A stretch of 64,000 nucleotides of DNA from Octopus sinensis. Taxonomy: Eukaryota. The notes below the pieces were generated by a model, which did no database searches, was not told where the DNA came from, and saw only the letters and a list, made by a program, of their open reading frames with translations. The first letter of the stretch is position 1, and each line of letters opens with the position of its first letter. The DNA lies in contig NC_042997.1 of assembly GCF_006345805.1 (NCBI RefSeq), positions 84,816,001-84,880,000 of the forward strand. Reading direction: 5' to 3'. This document shows positions 40,863-54,460 of this stretch, piece after piece. A program made the translations under genes and the position numbers.

Positions 40863-41699
40863 TGTATGTATGTATGTACACATATACACACATATCTTTG
40901 AAGATGTGACAGTAATTGTAACTGGACTGAAATTACAGTTTTAATTAAAAGAACACGAAGGTTATACCGAAAATAATGCAAATTGATCATTGCCATTTAC
41001 CTGACATAGATCATTCAAACTGCACATTTTCGTTGGTTAACTCTTCCTGTATATAACGTCACTGCTGAAGGTAGTCTCCAACACCAGCTGTGCATTGCAC
41101 CGTCTCTGAACACAACTGGTGAATCTTCTATCAAAAAATTCACTTATACACTCTTCACTGCCAATATTATTCACCTTGTCCGTGACATGAAATTGAGGGT
41201 TCCTAAGATCGTCCTTCACTGGACCGATGAAGTAAATGTTAAAGGACACCACATTTGCATTGTATCGTGGATAGTGAACAACAAACCACCATAATTTTCC
41301 TATAGCTTACTGAGATTTTATGTATGTATGATTTTATCCTATGTTCAAACATGACCAAAATTAGGTTTTAAAACTCCCTAAAGATCACACAAAATATGAG
41401 CGTTTTGTGTGTGAAAGGAACAGTTGGACACAGCTGTTAAACATATATACTGTTAATTATATCTATAGAAATCATTTAGAATTTTCTTCACCAAATGAGC
41501 CTGTTTATCAAATATTTCTGTTTATTTCATATAAATACAATCTCCGTTTATATACCGGCGGTTTGTGTGGTCACGCTTTGTCATGTTTTCAGATTCTTTT
41601 TCGAGCTCTTCCTTCTTGCAGTTTTTCTAAGTTTTCTTAGTATCTAAATTTACCGCTCGTGTTCACAGTACAGCGGCGTTTTAGAAAATCAAGGTGTAT

Positions 41700-42300
41700 G
41701 ATGCTCTTGTCATCCCCTAAAATCAGTCGCTATGACTTTCTATGCTGATCGCTAGCTCTTGGAAAAAAGATGTGACGCCATTTTATGGACTAAGCCATCG
41801 TTTCCAGATTGTAAAGATATCTCCATGTGTCACCTGTCAATAAATCAGAAAAAGTGTATGTGTACATTGACTTCAAACGCCTCCGCTTGATCCAAGCAAA
41901 CTTCTACCCTTCTCTCCTTCAAAACAATTGTCAACTTCCAAGCCAAGCACCTTCCGACACTAAATATTTTCACCATCTTCAGCATTGCACTGCGCTCGGA
42001 GTCATGTTATGCAGCAAGCATGCAAAGTGTCACTCGTCTGTCCTTGCAAATCAATTCGTCCAATCTTTGGCAATTTATGCCAGCAGTCGAGGCTGACGGT
42101 CTCTCACTGCGCGATATATTTCAATGCAGGTTTCCCCTTCTTAAAACTTTCTCATTTTATGCACATTACTATTATCAATGGTGTCATAACCTTGCTTACG
42201 GATATGTAGTCGTTTGTGTATGTCTGCGACTTGTACAGCTCCTTCGCTTAAAACTCTTTTACAGCCTCTTTACTTCTTCTTCGAACCCATCAGTTGGCTG
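41700..42300 (-). mobile_element. Mariner transposase remnant
   Basis: Hand translation: EGAVQVADIHKRL, RSERPS...LDELICKDRRVTL, ERRVEVC, LTGDTW.YLYNLET. Confidence 0.75.
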
Positions 42301-43096
42301 CAATAAAAAACGTTTGAAGAAATGTCACTCTAAAAGAAAAAGGCACTCCACCAATATGAACAATATGAATGGCTTGTGTAAGTTAATAAAAACATAAGCT
42401 ATTTTTACGTTAATCTCGGTACAAATCGTGATAAAAAATGTACTTATTTTAAATTCCTACTGGTGTACACACACACACAACTCACATTCAGGCTTGTACA
42501 CCCTCACAGACATGTATATAACTGCACACACATATATACATATATAATACATTTATATAATTATACGTACGTGTATATGTGGGTGAATGTGTATGGGTAC
42601 ACACACACACATATATATGTATAGACGTATATTCTTATATAAATGTTATTTACAAATCAATGGAATATGATTTAACACGCATTAGTCACAAAACAACTAC
42701 TTCGTGATTGATAAATTCAAACATGATCGTTATTTTACCACGACCAGACTATCTGTCACAATGTCCATCCAGTAGTTGTTTTCATAACATGTTTCGTGTT
42801 ATATCTGGCTGATCAAGTAATAACATTAGATCTATCCCTGTCTACAGTTGAAGCTTAGTCCAGTTATTTTTAATCTTTATTAGACAATATAAAACATTTG
42901 GTCAAAAGGGCAAATAAAAATATGTTCTGTGGAGGAAGCCAACAGTAAGCAATGTAATTTTCACCAGATTGTTATAGAAATATAAAAACAAAATAATCGA
43001 AAAGCTAGTATGTGACTGCGAAGCAGCACTGATGAAATATACACCAATTCGCACACTTGTGATGCAGTTGCACATACAAGTGTATGTGTGTGTGCG

Positions 43097-43128
<32 letters not shown>

Positions 43129-43214
43129 TGTATGTATGTATGTATGTATGTATGTATGTATGAATGTATGCATGTATGTATGTATATATGTATGTATGTA
43201 TGTATCTATCTACC

Positions 43215-43254
<40 letters not shown>

Positions 43255-43371
43255 GATAGATAGGTAGATAGATGTACACATATATATATACAATATATAC
43301 ATATATGTATATAGTATATATATATGTATGTGTGTATGTGTATATATATGTATATGTAATATATATATATA

Positions 43372-43409
<38 letters not shown>

Positions 43410-43424
43410 TGTGTGTATAATCCC

Positions 43425-46400
43425 AAGAGCACCACACTTCAATCTTAAGGACCATAACCAGACTCTTTAACCAAACCCTCTATTAGACGCATCTGCCCCA
43501 TCAAACTGGATTTAGGACGAATATGCAAAAATATACTAGATAGAAACATACCTTCTATTAGAGTGAAGCTAAGCGTAAACTTATGGTCCTGCACATGCGA
43601 GATCATCACCTGGTTCTAGCAGCTTCAAAACAAAAGCACCTCCTCATTCCTACAATTTGACATCAACAATTAATACGCATCCATATCACCAATCCTCCCT
43701 GACATTAGCTATAAACCTAACCAACATAACCTCCTTAGAAATTGATGTTATTCTATTTGCCAGGCAGACCCTCATATCCTTCTATAATAAGCTTTAGTCC
43801 TGTGCTAACCTCAATACGAACAGAAACAACTTCTTTGATATAACCATGGGCTCATCCAACTCCGATCAGGTGACGGATCTAGTCGGACTGTTCCTCCACA
43901 CGCAATTCCCCCACATCAAAGGTGGTTTATATACAGATGATGCATTGTTAATTGCAACAAGCCGCACAAAATTAGCATTAGAAAAAACTAGAAAACTCAA
44001 GCATAAATTCTTCGCGAGCTTCAACCTATCTATTCCTTTTGAAAACTGTTACCAGACAGCAAATTTTCTAGATGTTAGATTATATCTAAATTCTTCATTC
44101 TATTTCCTATATCATAAACCCAATAAATACCTGAAGTACATCAACACTGTATCAAGCCACCATAAATCTACCTTCAAGAGTACAATCGAAGGCATATCCA
44201 TCAGAATATCCAATCTATCCGCCACTGAGGAAATTTTCAATAACTACGCCAATTACTACAACCAAGCTCTAGCTGCTATTGGCTTCTCCCAGATTAGATT
44301 TATACCCAGCACTAGACGTAAAGAATACAACCCTAAGCAAGCACGCACACATATTAGATATCCAAACCCTCCCGCTATGGTTAGATAATCTCGCCCATCT
44401 AGCACCCACACGCATAACAAACCATTTAACTTTCCAATCTTCCTATACATACACTAGGAATCACACCTCCCCAAATTTGCCTAATAAAAGCGGCGGGAGA
44501 TCTATTCTCTGGTATACACCTCCATTCGCTTTAAACGTAAAGGGCCTCGCTAAAGCATTCTTTAAAATAGTACACTCGAATTTCCCACGTAACTACAAGT
44601 ATCTTTCTATCTTTAACAGATCCAATTTGAAATTATTTTATTCCTCTACACCAAATATAGAATCTATTATCACCTCATCTAACAAACGCAAACTTAGCTC
44701 TTACTGTCGAAATGCATACAACCCTACAATAGACCTAACAACGAAAACACTAACACGCTCGTAATAACATATCCAATACCCCTGGCCCTACCGCTTTAAA
44801 TAACTTAAATATTCATAATATAATCCCTACCTTGAGTGTAACGAGCGCATAGCTGAAACCGATGCAAGCACTAATAGGCATACTGATACTAACAATACTA
44901 TATTATAACTACTACAACTAATAATACCTATACTACAACTACTATTAGGGCTCGCAATAATATTAATACTGGCACCAACGGCAATATTACTATTACTGAA
45001 AATATATTATTGCTAACACTCCTACCACAAACACTACTACTAATAGTTTCAATAATAACATCACTAAAACCACTTCCACTATCACTGCTGATACTAACAT
45101 TACTACTAATACTACTACCACTGCTGCTGCTGCTACTACTACTAGTAGTAGTAGTAGTAGTAATAGTAGTAATGTCGATAATAATAATAATGGTAACGGT
45201 GGTGTTGATATTGACAGTAGAAATGACGGCAATAACAGCAATATCACGAACGTTTCACCTAATACTACCCTAACCTTTAGCTTGTCCACTAATAGCACTA
45301 CCTCATCTCTCTCTCCAACTAACCATCGTAGAACTGATAGCTGCAATTGCAGATCTGGGACAGACTGCCTGCTGGAAGCCCATTGTAGAAGATTCAACGT
45401 CGTATACCAATGCACCGTTCACAACATAGAAAATAACTCCAATAGCTACTACACTGGATCTACCACAAATTGTAAGCAAACATTTTATGCACATTTAAAC
45501 TAGTTTAAATATAATGAGAATAGCAATTCAACATCACTAGCCAGCCATGTACACCATGAAATTAATAGAAAAATACAATATAGCCTTTCCTGGGCTAATT
45601 AGATTCTGGACTCTGCCTAAAAGAAGCCCTCAAAATTTTAACCCATAATTCACCATAGTTGCTTAACAAACACAATTAAGTCTTCACAACGCGTAAACAC
45701 AAATTCTTCCGCACTTTTAAATTCTTCCATAAATCCAAATGTAAATTCACCACCCCCACGAATAACACTCACATACAAACCTGCATGATTGTTAACACAT
45801 ACCCCTGTGTAACACTTCTATCAATCTTACCCCATCTCTTTATAAAATAAATGCTAATTCTTTAATTTGTTTTAAACCTTAGCCTAATAAATCCCCTAAT
45901 ATTTAATTCTAACTCTTATACCTAAATAATTCAACATCCAACTAGTTTCTCCATTCACGACTACCTATACATCTATACCTCCATTGCTAAAAATATTTCT
46001 ACAGCCACTGACCTTAGCCATAAAACAAATACAAGCACTTACTACTAGATTTCCTTTCCAACCCCTACAGATTAGAAGAATATTACTGGCACCTTCTATT
46101 CTCTTTGAATTCCTTTCATTTTACTTTATTTTGTTTACCTCCTCCTCCTCTCTCCTTATTTACCCTTATATATTTATTTATCCTCTTGGTTATTTTTCTA
46201 CACTCTATTCTTATACACTATATTCTTATAGACCTTATCTTATCCTTAAATCCAATCCTTCATTTCCTCCCACACTCTCTCTACATCTCTTTCTATTTAT
46301 TTATTTTTCTTTCTTCTTACCACTTAATAGCCACCTCTGCTACCATTCTGCTGATACGTTCGCGATTATTTCAGGATATTTACACTATTAGGACTTTAAC

Positions 46401-46700
46401 CTACATGGATTCACACAGGATTGCGCCTAAGGACTTATGGACTAACTGCTACATGATCGGGAAGTTGACCTGTGAACTTTTATGCTTCTTTTTTCTTCTC
46501 TTTATTCATTTCAATATTCATTTTCTCCTGTCTTCTGTGTTGTCATTTCATTGATCTATGCCCTTCTCATTTTCCCTATTTGTCTCTGATGACGGAATAC
46601 TCTGGGATATCCTAGAAACAGCTGTAAGTCTGAATTTTTCAAATAATAATAACGTGTATGACTTGAGATGTTTATCTTGCTTTAACCTTTGTTGTCCTCT
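43425..46700 (+). mobile_element. Penelope-like retroelement (Neptune-type RT and GIY-YIG), 5'-truncated and disrupted, with a 3' pLTR-like region
   Basis: LGRICKNILD, FLQFDI, TMGSSNSDQVTDLVGLFL, GLYTDD, ILWYTPPF; CNCR..CLLEAHC..VVYQC...YYTGST..FYAHLN at about 45330-45500; long pyrimidine-rich 3' region ending in an HHR. Confidence 0.92.
46582..46630 (+). ncRNA. Type I hammerhead ribozyme at the PLE 3' end
   Basis: GUCU-CUGAUGA(46586)-C-GGAAUA..UAUCC-UA-GAAA-CAGCUG-UA-AGUC; helix I has 3 of 4 bp paired. Confidence 0.75.
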
Positions 46701-46902
46701 TTAACAATTATATATCCGCTATATCGGTAATCTGCAATGGCTCCATAACTACCGTCTCGTCGATAACCTTGGAGCCCTGGTAATCTGTTACAACACTTAC
46801 CTAGCGTACCTAGTCGTTTGGATCACCTCTGAACTAAACCTCCATACTTTGTGTGTGTGTATATATATATATACATACACTCATACATATACAAACATAT
46901 AC

Positions 46903-46934
<32 letters not shown>

Positions 46935-46935
46935 G

Positions 46936-46967
<32 letters not shown>

Positions 46968-47982
46968 TCATACATGCTTCTTGGTCCCATGGCAACTGAC
47001 TGAGAATTTATCGGGAACTAAACAAGACAAATGTAGCAGCCTTTACGTGGTCGCTCGACCAGTATAAATAACAAGTATCTCCCCTCAAATCACACATGCT
47101 GTCTTAGAAAGAGGAAATAAAAAGTACATTGAAGTTGACGGTTAGTCTCTGTCTGAAAGAAAGAAAAACAAAATAGGATTGTCACGGCTGGAACACATTA
47201 TGATCGTAGTTCTGCTCGATCAAACCTGACCTCCGGCTCGAAATCAGCAGCAATAATAACTTGCAATACTTGATTCAATGAAAAATGAGAATGTTTTTGC
47301 TGTGATTGACCGAGACAATGGAGTAACATTAATGCATAAAACTTGCCCCCATTGGTGTATTGTTATGGCAGGAACTGATATTTTTCATTTAGTTGTACTT
47401 TTTTAATTTTGACACCTTTGACCCTGAATGTGAGAGACATTTTGACTAGCCTCAATCATCCAGGGAAAAAAAATCAAATCTGCCAATATTAAATTATTCC
47501 TCTCTTGACTTGAAATTAAGTATTTTTGCTTTGTTTTGCGTAATAGTTTGTTTGCATTTTTTTTGCTCATATATTATCTTAAATTTCCAAATAGAATTCG
47601 TTGTTGAATTTTTCAATCTTTATATTGATTTATTGTTTTTCAACAATTAAACCTGCTTACACAATTGTTGAGTAGTTACGTGTCAAATGGATATTATTCG
47701 TGATTTCATAACTGACATTTGCTCCTGTAATACAACTTTCTTTCTCTAATTTTTGCTTTAACATAATTACAAATATTAGTTGCCTTGACTTGATTTTTGT
47801 AAGAGTGTATGTTTTTTTTTCCCCCATTTAATGAGTTTGCATTTCAGAAGTGGCTTGTAGTATTTTGTTTCATACATTTGAGCTTTTAATTTTGAAAACC
47901 ACCGATATCGAATTTGCATGTTTGGTATCGATGAAAAATAAATCTGTCAAGTCCTGGATCCCTGTAACTAACAAAACACATT

Positions 47983-48053
<71 letters not shown>

Positions 48054-48999
48054 ATGTGTGTGAAGCTCGACAAAGGAACAAAAAAGAAAATTCATACACA
48101 AGACATAGATGTGCACTTTCCTCGTCAGTTATCGTCCAAAAATCATTATAATTTCACGCCTTTAAATATAATATTATTCATTTCTGGTGGCGTCAACAGC
48201 AAAAAGCGTTGTTGGGAATTGTGAGCGAACGTTGGGAGCAGTATCAAAAATAAACGCAGCATATAAATCTCTCTCTCTCTCTCTCTTTCACTCACACACA
48301 CGCACGCACATACACTTACACACATATCTTAGCCAACTACATGGATTTAGCGAGATGCTTGTTACTTTATTCAATTTAACACATGGCAATAGCCAACAGG
48401 TCAAGACAGCCCTAAATTCGGATGTGACTTTTACCTTTCATAGCTATTGTTCTGTTATATGACATATCCACTGGTGAAAAGCTTTGGTGTGATCTTCTCG
48501 CTCAGCTGTCATATGACCTTAAAACATGAACGTTGTGGAAAACTGACCCGAAATTCCTTTACCTCACCAGTTGACAGTCCTTCAATCAATCTGTCTCTAA
48601 ATTGGTAGCGAACTGAGCCACAATCTCTCAATGAAAAACAAACTTTTTTATAACTACAGTTATAAAAGACAGTTTACGACGCAGCTCCACATAACATACT
48701 TTTGACAATCAAATGTGAAACCGATCAAATGTGCGCATACACACTCACACGCACGCACGCACACACATTTATATATAAATATCATATTTAAACAAATCTA
48801 CATATATTCTCTGTACATTTTCAAATTTATTTCTTCTGTACTACTAATTGTTTGGATTAGCAACGATTTATGTATGTATGTATGTATTTCATTATTCAGT
48901 TATATTTCAAGATTTCTTGTCAACAGAGAAAGAACCGGTTTCTAACCTAGATCTAAGGCTCCTTCATTGGAATTTTAAGCAACATCAACTGGGTATTTT

Positions 49000-49031
<32 letters not shown>

Positions 49032-49083
49032 TGTATGTATGTATGTATGTATGTATGTATGTATGTGTATGTATGTATGTATA

Positions 49084-49124
<41 letters not shown>

Positions 49125-49440
49125 GTCTATCTATCTATCTATCTATTTATATCTATTTATCTATACATGCAGCTATGTATGTTTTGTTTTATGTATGTAT
49201 CCTCGTGCGTATAGTTGCATATCTAGACATGCTCATATATACTTAAACGATAAACTTCTGGAAAGTTTTACAGACTTTTACAGTTACAGCGATGGACTGT
49301 ATCTGCAGTGTTTGAATCAGTTTTCTCCTTTAGGGTTTTGAGAAGCTTAATGTCTCAAGATTGTATGTATGTATGTATGTATGTATGTATGTACGTATGT
49401 ATGTATGTATGTATGTATGTATGTGTGTATGTATGTATGT

Positions 49441-49776
49441 GAAGGCACAAGGCTCAGTGGTTAGTGCGTCGAGCTTACGATCATGAGGTTCTGAGTCCGA
49501 ATCCCGGACTGGGCTCCGTGTTCTGTTCTTGAGCAAGATATTTTATTTCATGATGCTCTAGTTCACTCAGCTGTAGAAATGAGTTGCGACGTCACAGGTG
49601 CCAAGCTGTATCGGCCTTTGCCTTTCACTTGGATAACACTGGTAGCGTGGAGAGGGGCGGCCGGTATGTATGGGCGACTGCTGGTCTTCCATAAACAACC
49701 TTGCCCGGACTTTTGCCTGGGAGGGTAACTTTCTAGGTGCAATCTCATGGTTAATCATGACCGAAGGGGGTCTCAG
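49441..49776 (+). mobile_element. tRNA-type SINE family D
   Basis: A-box-like ggctcagtgg, B-box-like gagtccgaatccc, body with cttgagcaaga...cactcagctgtagaaatgag. Confidence 0.65.
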
Positions 49777-50997
49777 CAATGTATGTATATGTGTGTGTAT
49801 GTATGTATGTATGTTATGTATGTATGTATTTATGTATGTATGTATGTATGTATGTATGTATGTATGTATGCATACTTGTTTGTTTGTCTGTCTGTACGCA
49901 CGTACGTATGTGTGTATGTATAAGTGTATGTATGTGTGTGTGTATGTATAAATGTATTCAAGACTGTATCTTTTAAATCACCTAATAGGTTATAGAATTT
50001 CAGTTTACCCATTTTCACTCACAAGACAAGGGTCGACCCGAGACCAGTAACTCATAGAGTATGCAGACAGTACACCATGCACATCCCACATTACGCAACT
50101 GTACACTTCGGAGGGAGGGGACAAAAGAAATTTGGTATATATGTTACGTTTGAGAAAAAGAGTGGCCAGTTTGGCTATCGCACAGAGTGACTCAAACCCA
50201 AGCCAACCCACGCTACTCATCTGCGAGCCAATAAATATTACATTTGTCGAAGTAGTTTTTCAGTGAGAACGAACTCGGATTCCGGCCATTCTGCGCGAAC
50301 GTGTTATATATATACTTTAAATTGCTTTCGTTTTATATTTTATAATTTGCGTTTTTTTATTATATATATACGTCCAAAATTGTTTGTCATAGTCAATATA
50401 CTTTCATTTTCTTCGGTACTTGTGCTGCCCTCACAGCAAATAAGGGGTGAGGTTCCTCGTTTGAACATCAGTAAATTAACTACCATGTAAGAAATGAATT
50501 ACCCCAGACTTAGTTAGATTGTTCGAACCCCAGTGAGATGTCTTACGAGATGTCATATCAAACTGTTATGTTCCAAGGTCAATTTTCACCTAGATTCCAA
50601 TGAACAAAGCTAATCATCTGATCATATGAGCACTCCCATTCAGCCTGCAAATGGCAACAAATGACGTGCTTGGCTAAAAGCAGCATGGTTAAGCTAACAC
50701 TAGCCCAACTAAACAGCGTATTATGCCTGTAATGTGATGAGCCACCGAATCTCCAGAGCACGTGGAAATTATCACATAGTGTTCAGTTAAATATCTTTTG
50801 GGTTCTTAGTGAAAATTTTGCCAGGGCCAAATCTAATTTTGTTTCTTCTGTGTATAATTAAGTTCTGAGACTGATATTATCGCTTATACTCTCCCATGAA
50901 ATTTTATAACCTCAAGTCAACGAGTGACTCTTTATGTTGTATAGTGCGCTAGAAATTACAGCCTAATTCTTCTCATATCAGACCCCCTCGTCTAAAG

Positions 50998-51298
50998 GAG
51001 GGATTGTGAACCATTTTTTCATCTATGGATCCCTTTGATTGCTATTTCATTCTAGTGGAGCCCCATTAAACTAGTTTAACTGAAACTTCTTTTAGAATTC
51101 CTATTTTGTTTCTCACATATTAACTTGTGTAGGTTTAACAATATAAAATGTTAGAGAAAAAAACCCAACTGTTTCTTGCAATACATACCAATACACATCT
51201 AAATCAAAATTTTCGTGGACCTCAATTTACTGTTTTCTCGCGTGGATCCCCCCCCCCCCGAAAAAAAAACTTATATGGACCCCGTCTGAGAACCATTG
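50998..51298. mobile_element. hAT/Charlie-like MITE with an 8-bp target site duplication
   Basis: gtctaaag at both 50990-50997 and 51299-51306; right end tgagaaccattg. Confidence 0.6.
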
Positions 51299-51977
51299 GT
51301 CTAAAGTAAGAACGGATATACTCTGGATAATGTTGTCCTAGATACATTGTCTAAACAAGATTGATGGTCACCAACAGCATGATTTTAATCATTCGCTTGC
51401 TCAGTCATAATTAACCTTGCAATACACAATAGCATAAACTACTGTGCAGTTCTTATGATTATATGTGAAATCATTATTTTGTGCGTGAAAAATATGAGGG
51501 GGGAATGGCAGAAGCAGTAAAGTACCGGGGAAATGCCTTGTATTAATTAATTCTGAGTTCAAATTGCGCTGTGGTTGATTTCCCCTTTCATCTCTCTAGG
51601 ATCGATAAAATAAGTAGAAGTAATATATTCGAATCGATACAATTGACCAATATACCTTCCTATAAATTTGTGATTATGAGCAAGAGTAATAAATCGTTGT
51701 TTTATGTATTTGCATGACGAACGCAACAATGGAGAATTAAATCATAGGAAATTCGTGTTTGCGAAGTAGTTTCTATCCCAACAGTGGTGGCTGCATGCCA
51801 TTGACGTCGTCAATCTTCTTGTAAAAGTAGGAGGATAATATTGTATTTACATTTGCTTCAAATACTTTGGTATTTCCTTTAAAAGAATCCAATTTTATGA
51901 AGCTCTCATTGCTGATCCCATACTCCCCTGTTCTATCTTTTTCTTTTGCCCTATCTCACTCCTATCTCTCTATATCA

Positions 51978-52013
<36 letters not shown>

Positions 52014-53580
52014 TTTTTCTCTTCCTCTGTCATCCTCTCACTCCCTTGAACATACACATGGAAATATGCTGTCATACGTTCGCCTTTCTCTGTCTCTCTC
52101 TCACTGTCATCTGTCCCTTTCTTGACATCCGATATTTTAGCCCAAATATTCACTCTGATTGATATACAAATATTAAAAAAAGCAGCAGAGAAACTAGTAA
52201 TGATCTGCCTTAGCAACAGTCTGCATACAGGGAAGCTCATAAGTGTGGATAAGATTAGATGTAGTGGGAAAAAGCGATAAGTGACATTTTGGGAGTGACT
52301 ATTCATCAAAGAAGAGAAATGCAGGCAGGGCTGTGTAATTAAGATGCTTCCTTCCCACTTTGCAACCATATGGTTTCAGGTTCAATTACACTGTGCAGCA
52401 CCTTGGACAAGTATCTTCGATTACAGCTTCAGGTCGACCAAAGCCTTGTGAGCGCATTTGAAAGACTGAAACTTTAAGAAACAACTCGTATGTGTTTGTG
52501 TGTGTATGCGCGTGTGGGGAGTATTATGTGTGTATACTTACATATTTATATGTAAATATGATATAATAACGTAATTCCACGAGTATTCTTATAAACGCTG
52601 TAAAGACGTTTTCCGATTCAAAATTTTAGTGCATCACAAAACCTCGCTAAGATAAGTATTTATTTATATTTAAGATCTTTAAATTGTAATTTTAATATTT
52701 TATAAGTCTTTGGTGTAATAATATTTTCTTATGTAAATATCGTTGTTTATGTAATGATCTAATTATCGTAATTTTCTATATAATTATTAGATATTAAATT
52801 TAAGTTTATTCGTAAGATATTACTTAGCGATAGATATGTTGTTTTATAGCAAGTATACAAGTTGTCTAAAGTTAGGTTTATGTATATACATGTATTAATA
52901 GCATTAATTGTAGTTTTAAATTTCTTATAATTAAAATTAGATAAACTTAGATAAACTTAGATATCTTTCGACCAAAGATTGGTCCAGGCCATGTCTAACT
53001 TAATAGCATAACTTAGTTATTGTCTTTTTAAATTGATATTTGCTAGTTTTATTTTCATTGATAAATATATTTATAGTATTTATAGCATTTATTCGATACT
53101 ATATAACTACGAATTGATTATTTCTATAAGTATATTAAATATAAGATTTCCAAAAGTTCGTTTAAGTTTGTTTGTTTGTATTTTTGAATTTAGATATTTC
53201 ATCTTTAAATATAAAATTAATTTATTAGGTCTTCATTATATGTGCATATATATATATTTATAGAGATTATTTTAGATCTTAATTATAATATTTATATACA
53301 TCTTTATATATTTTCATTGATAATTTTTATATATAATAGTCTTTTTTTAAAATATTTATGTAATTAGATATAGACTATTACCGATATTAGATTATTGGTG
53401 GGTTTCTTACCTTAAAAATTAAAATTAATATTTAACATTATAATCGATTTTGATATAATCATAATCGTTAAGTTTTAAGTTTCTAGTTTGATAATAGAGT
53501 TTATTATAAGTAAAATTATTATATTATTTATATCTTAAAAATATTGTTTAAATATTTCTGATTATTTTAAAAATATTTCA

Positions 53581-53679
53581 ATTAACCTGAAGATTGACTG
53601 TAACCATAATTCGAATTATTAATTGAATTTAAATTATTGTTATTCGAATTGGTACAGCCATGAAACGATCGTAGTGTTT
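53581..53679 (+). ncRNA. Type I hammerhead-like motif with a helix II of about 68 nt
   Basis: CUGAAGA(53587)-U-UGACUGUAACCAUAAUUCGAAU...AUUCGAAUUGGUACAGCCA-U-GAAA(53662)-CGAUCG-UA-GUGUUU; helix I is weak. Confidence 0.65.
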
Positions 53680-53978
53680 TACTCTTTATTTTTTATTAAA
53701 CTTTAATACTTTTGATATTTATATAATAAAAAAAATAAATAAAAAATAAATAAAAATATAAATAAATAAATTAATTAATTAATAAAATAATATATAAATA
53801 TAAAAATATACATACATATATATATATATATATTTGTATATATATATTTAAAATTTATAAGTTTAAATTATTTAAATAATTTTTAAAATTTTAACTTTTA
53901 TAATTTAAAATTATTTTATGTATTGGCTTATGCTTTTCACTATTTGATTTGCCTAATAGTGGTTTTATCTCTAATTTA

Positions 53979-54087
<109 letters not shown>

Positions 54088-54183
54088 CATATAATATGTA
54101 TATAATATTTATATAAAATATATTATCACACAGTAATTTCCCTTTGTATAACGGTCATTTTTTATAGCATTTTTCCGATGGCT

Positions 54184-54246
54184 GGATAACTGAAGAGATG
54201 GCGGCGTGGATTTCCACCTCGGCATCCGAAACTCGGAGTTTTATCT
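54184..54246 (+). ncRNA. Type I hammerhead ribozyme
   Basis: GGAUAA-CUGAAGA(54190)-GAUG..GUGG-auuu-CCAC..CAUC-C-GAAA(54228)-CUCGGAG-UU-UUAUCU; 6-bp helix I. Confidence 0.8.
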
Positions 54247-54324
54247 TGGCTACCGAATAATTGTCACATATTACATTTACAGATACATTCCTCTATTTTT
54301 TACATAATCAATATATATATATAT

Positions 54325-54460
54325 ACAACGGGCTTCTTTCAGTTTCAGTCAACCAAATCCACTCGCAAAGCTTTGGTCGCCCGGCTATTGTAGAAGACAC
54401 TCGCCCAAGATGTCACGTAGTAGGGCTGAACCTGGAACCTTGTGGTTGAGAAACAAGCTG
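54325..54460 (-). mobile_element. SINE family A 5' half
   Basis: acgggcttctttcagtttcagtcaaccaaatccactcgcaaagctttggtcg... Confidence 0.75.
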
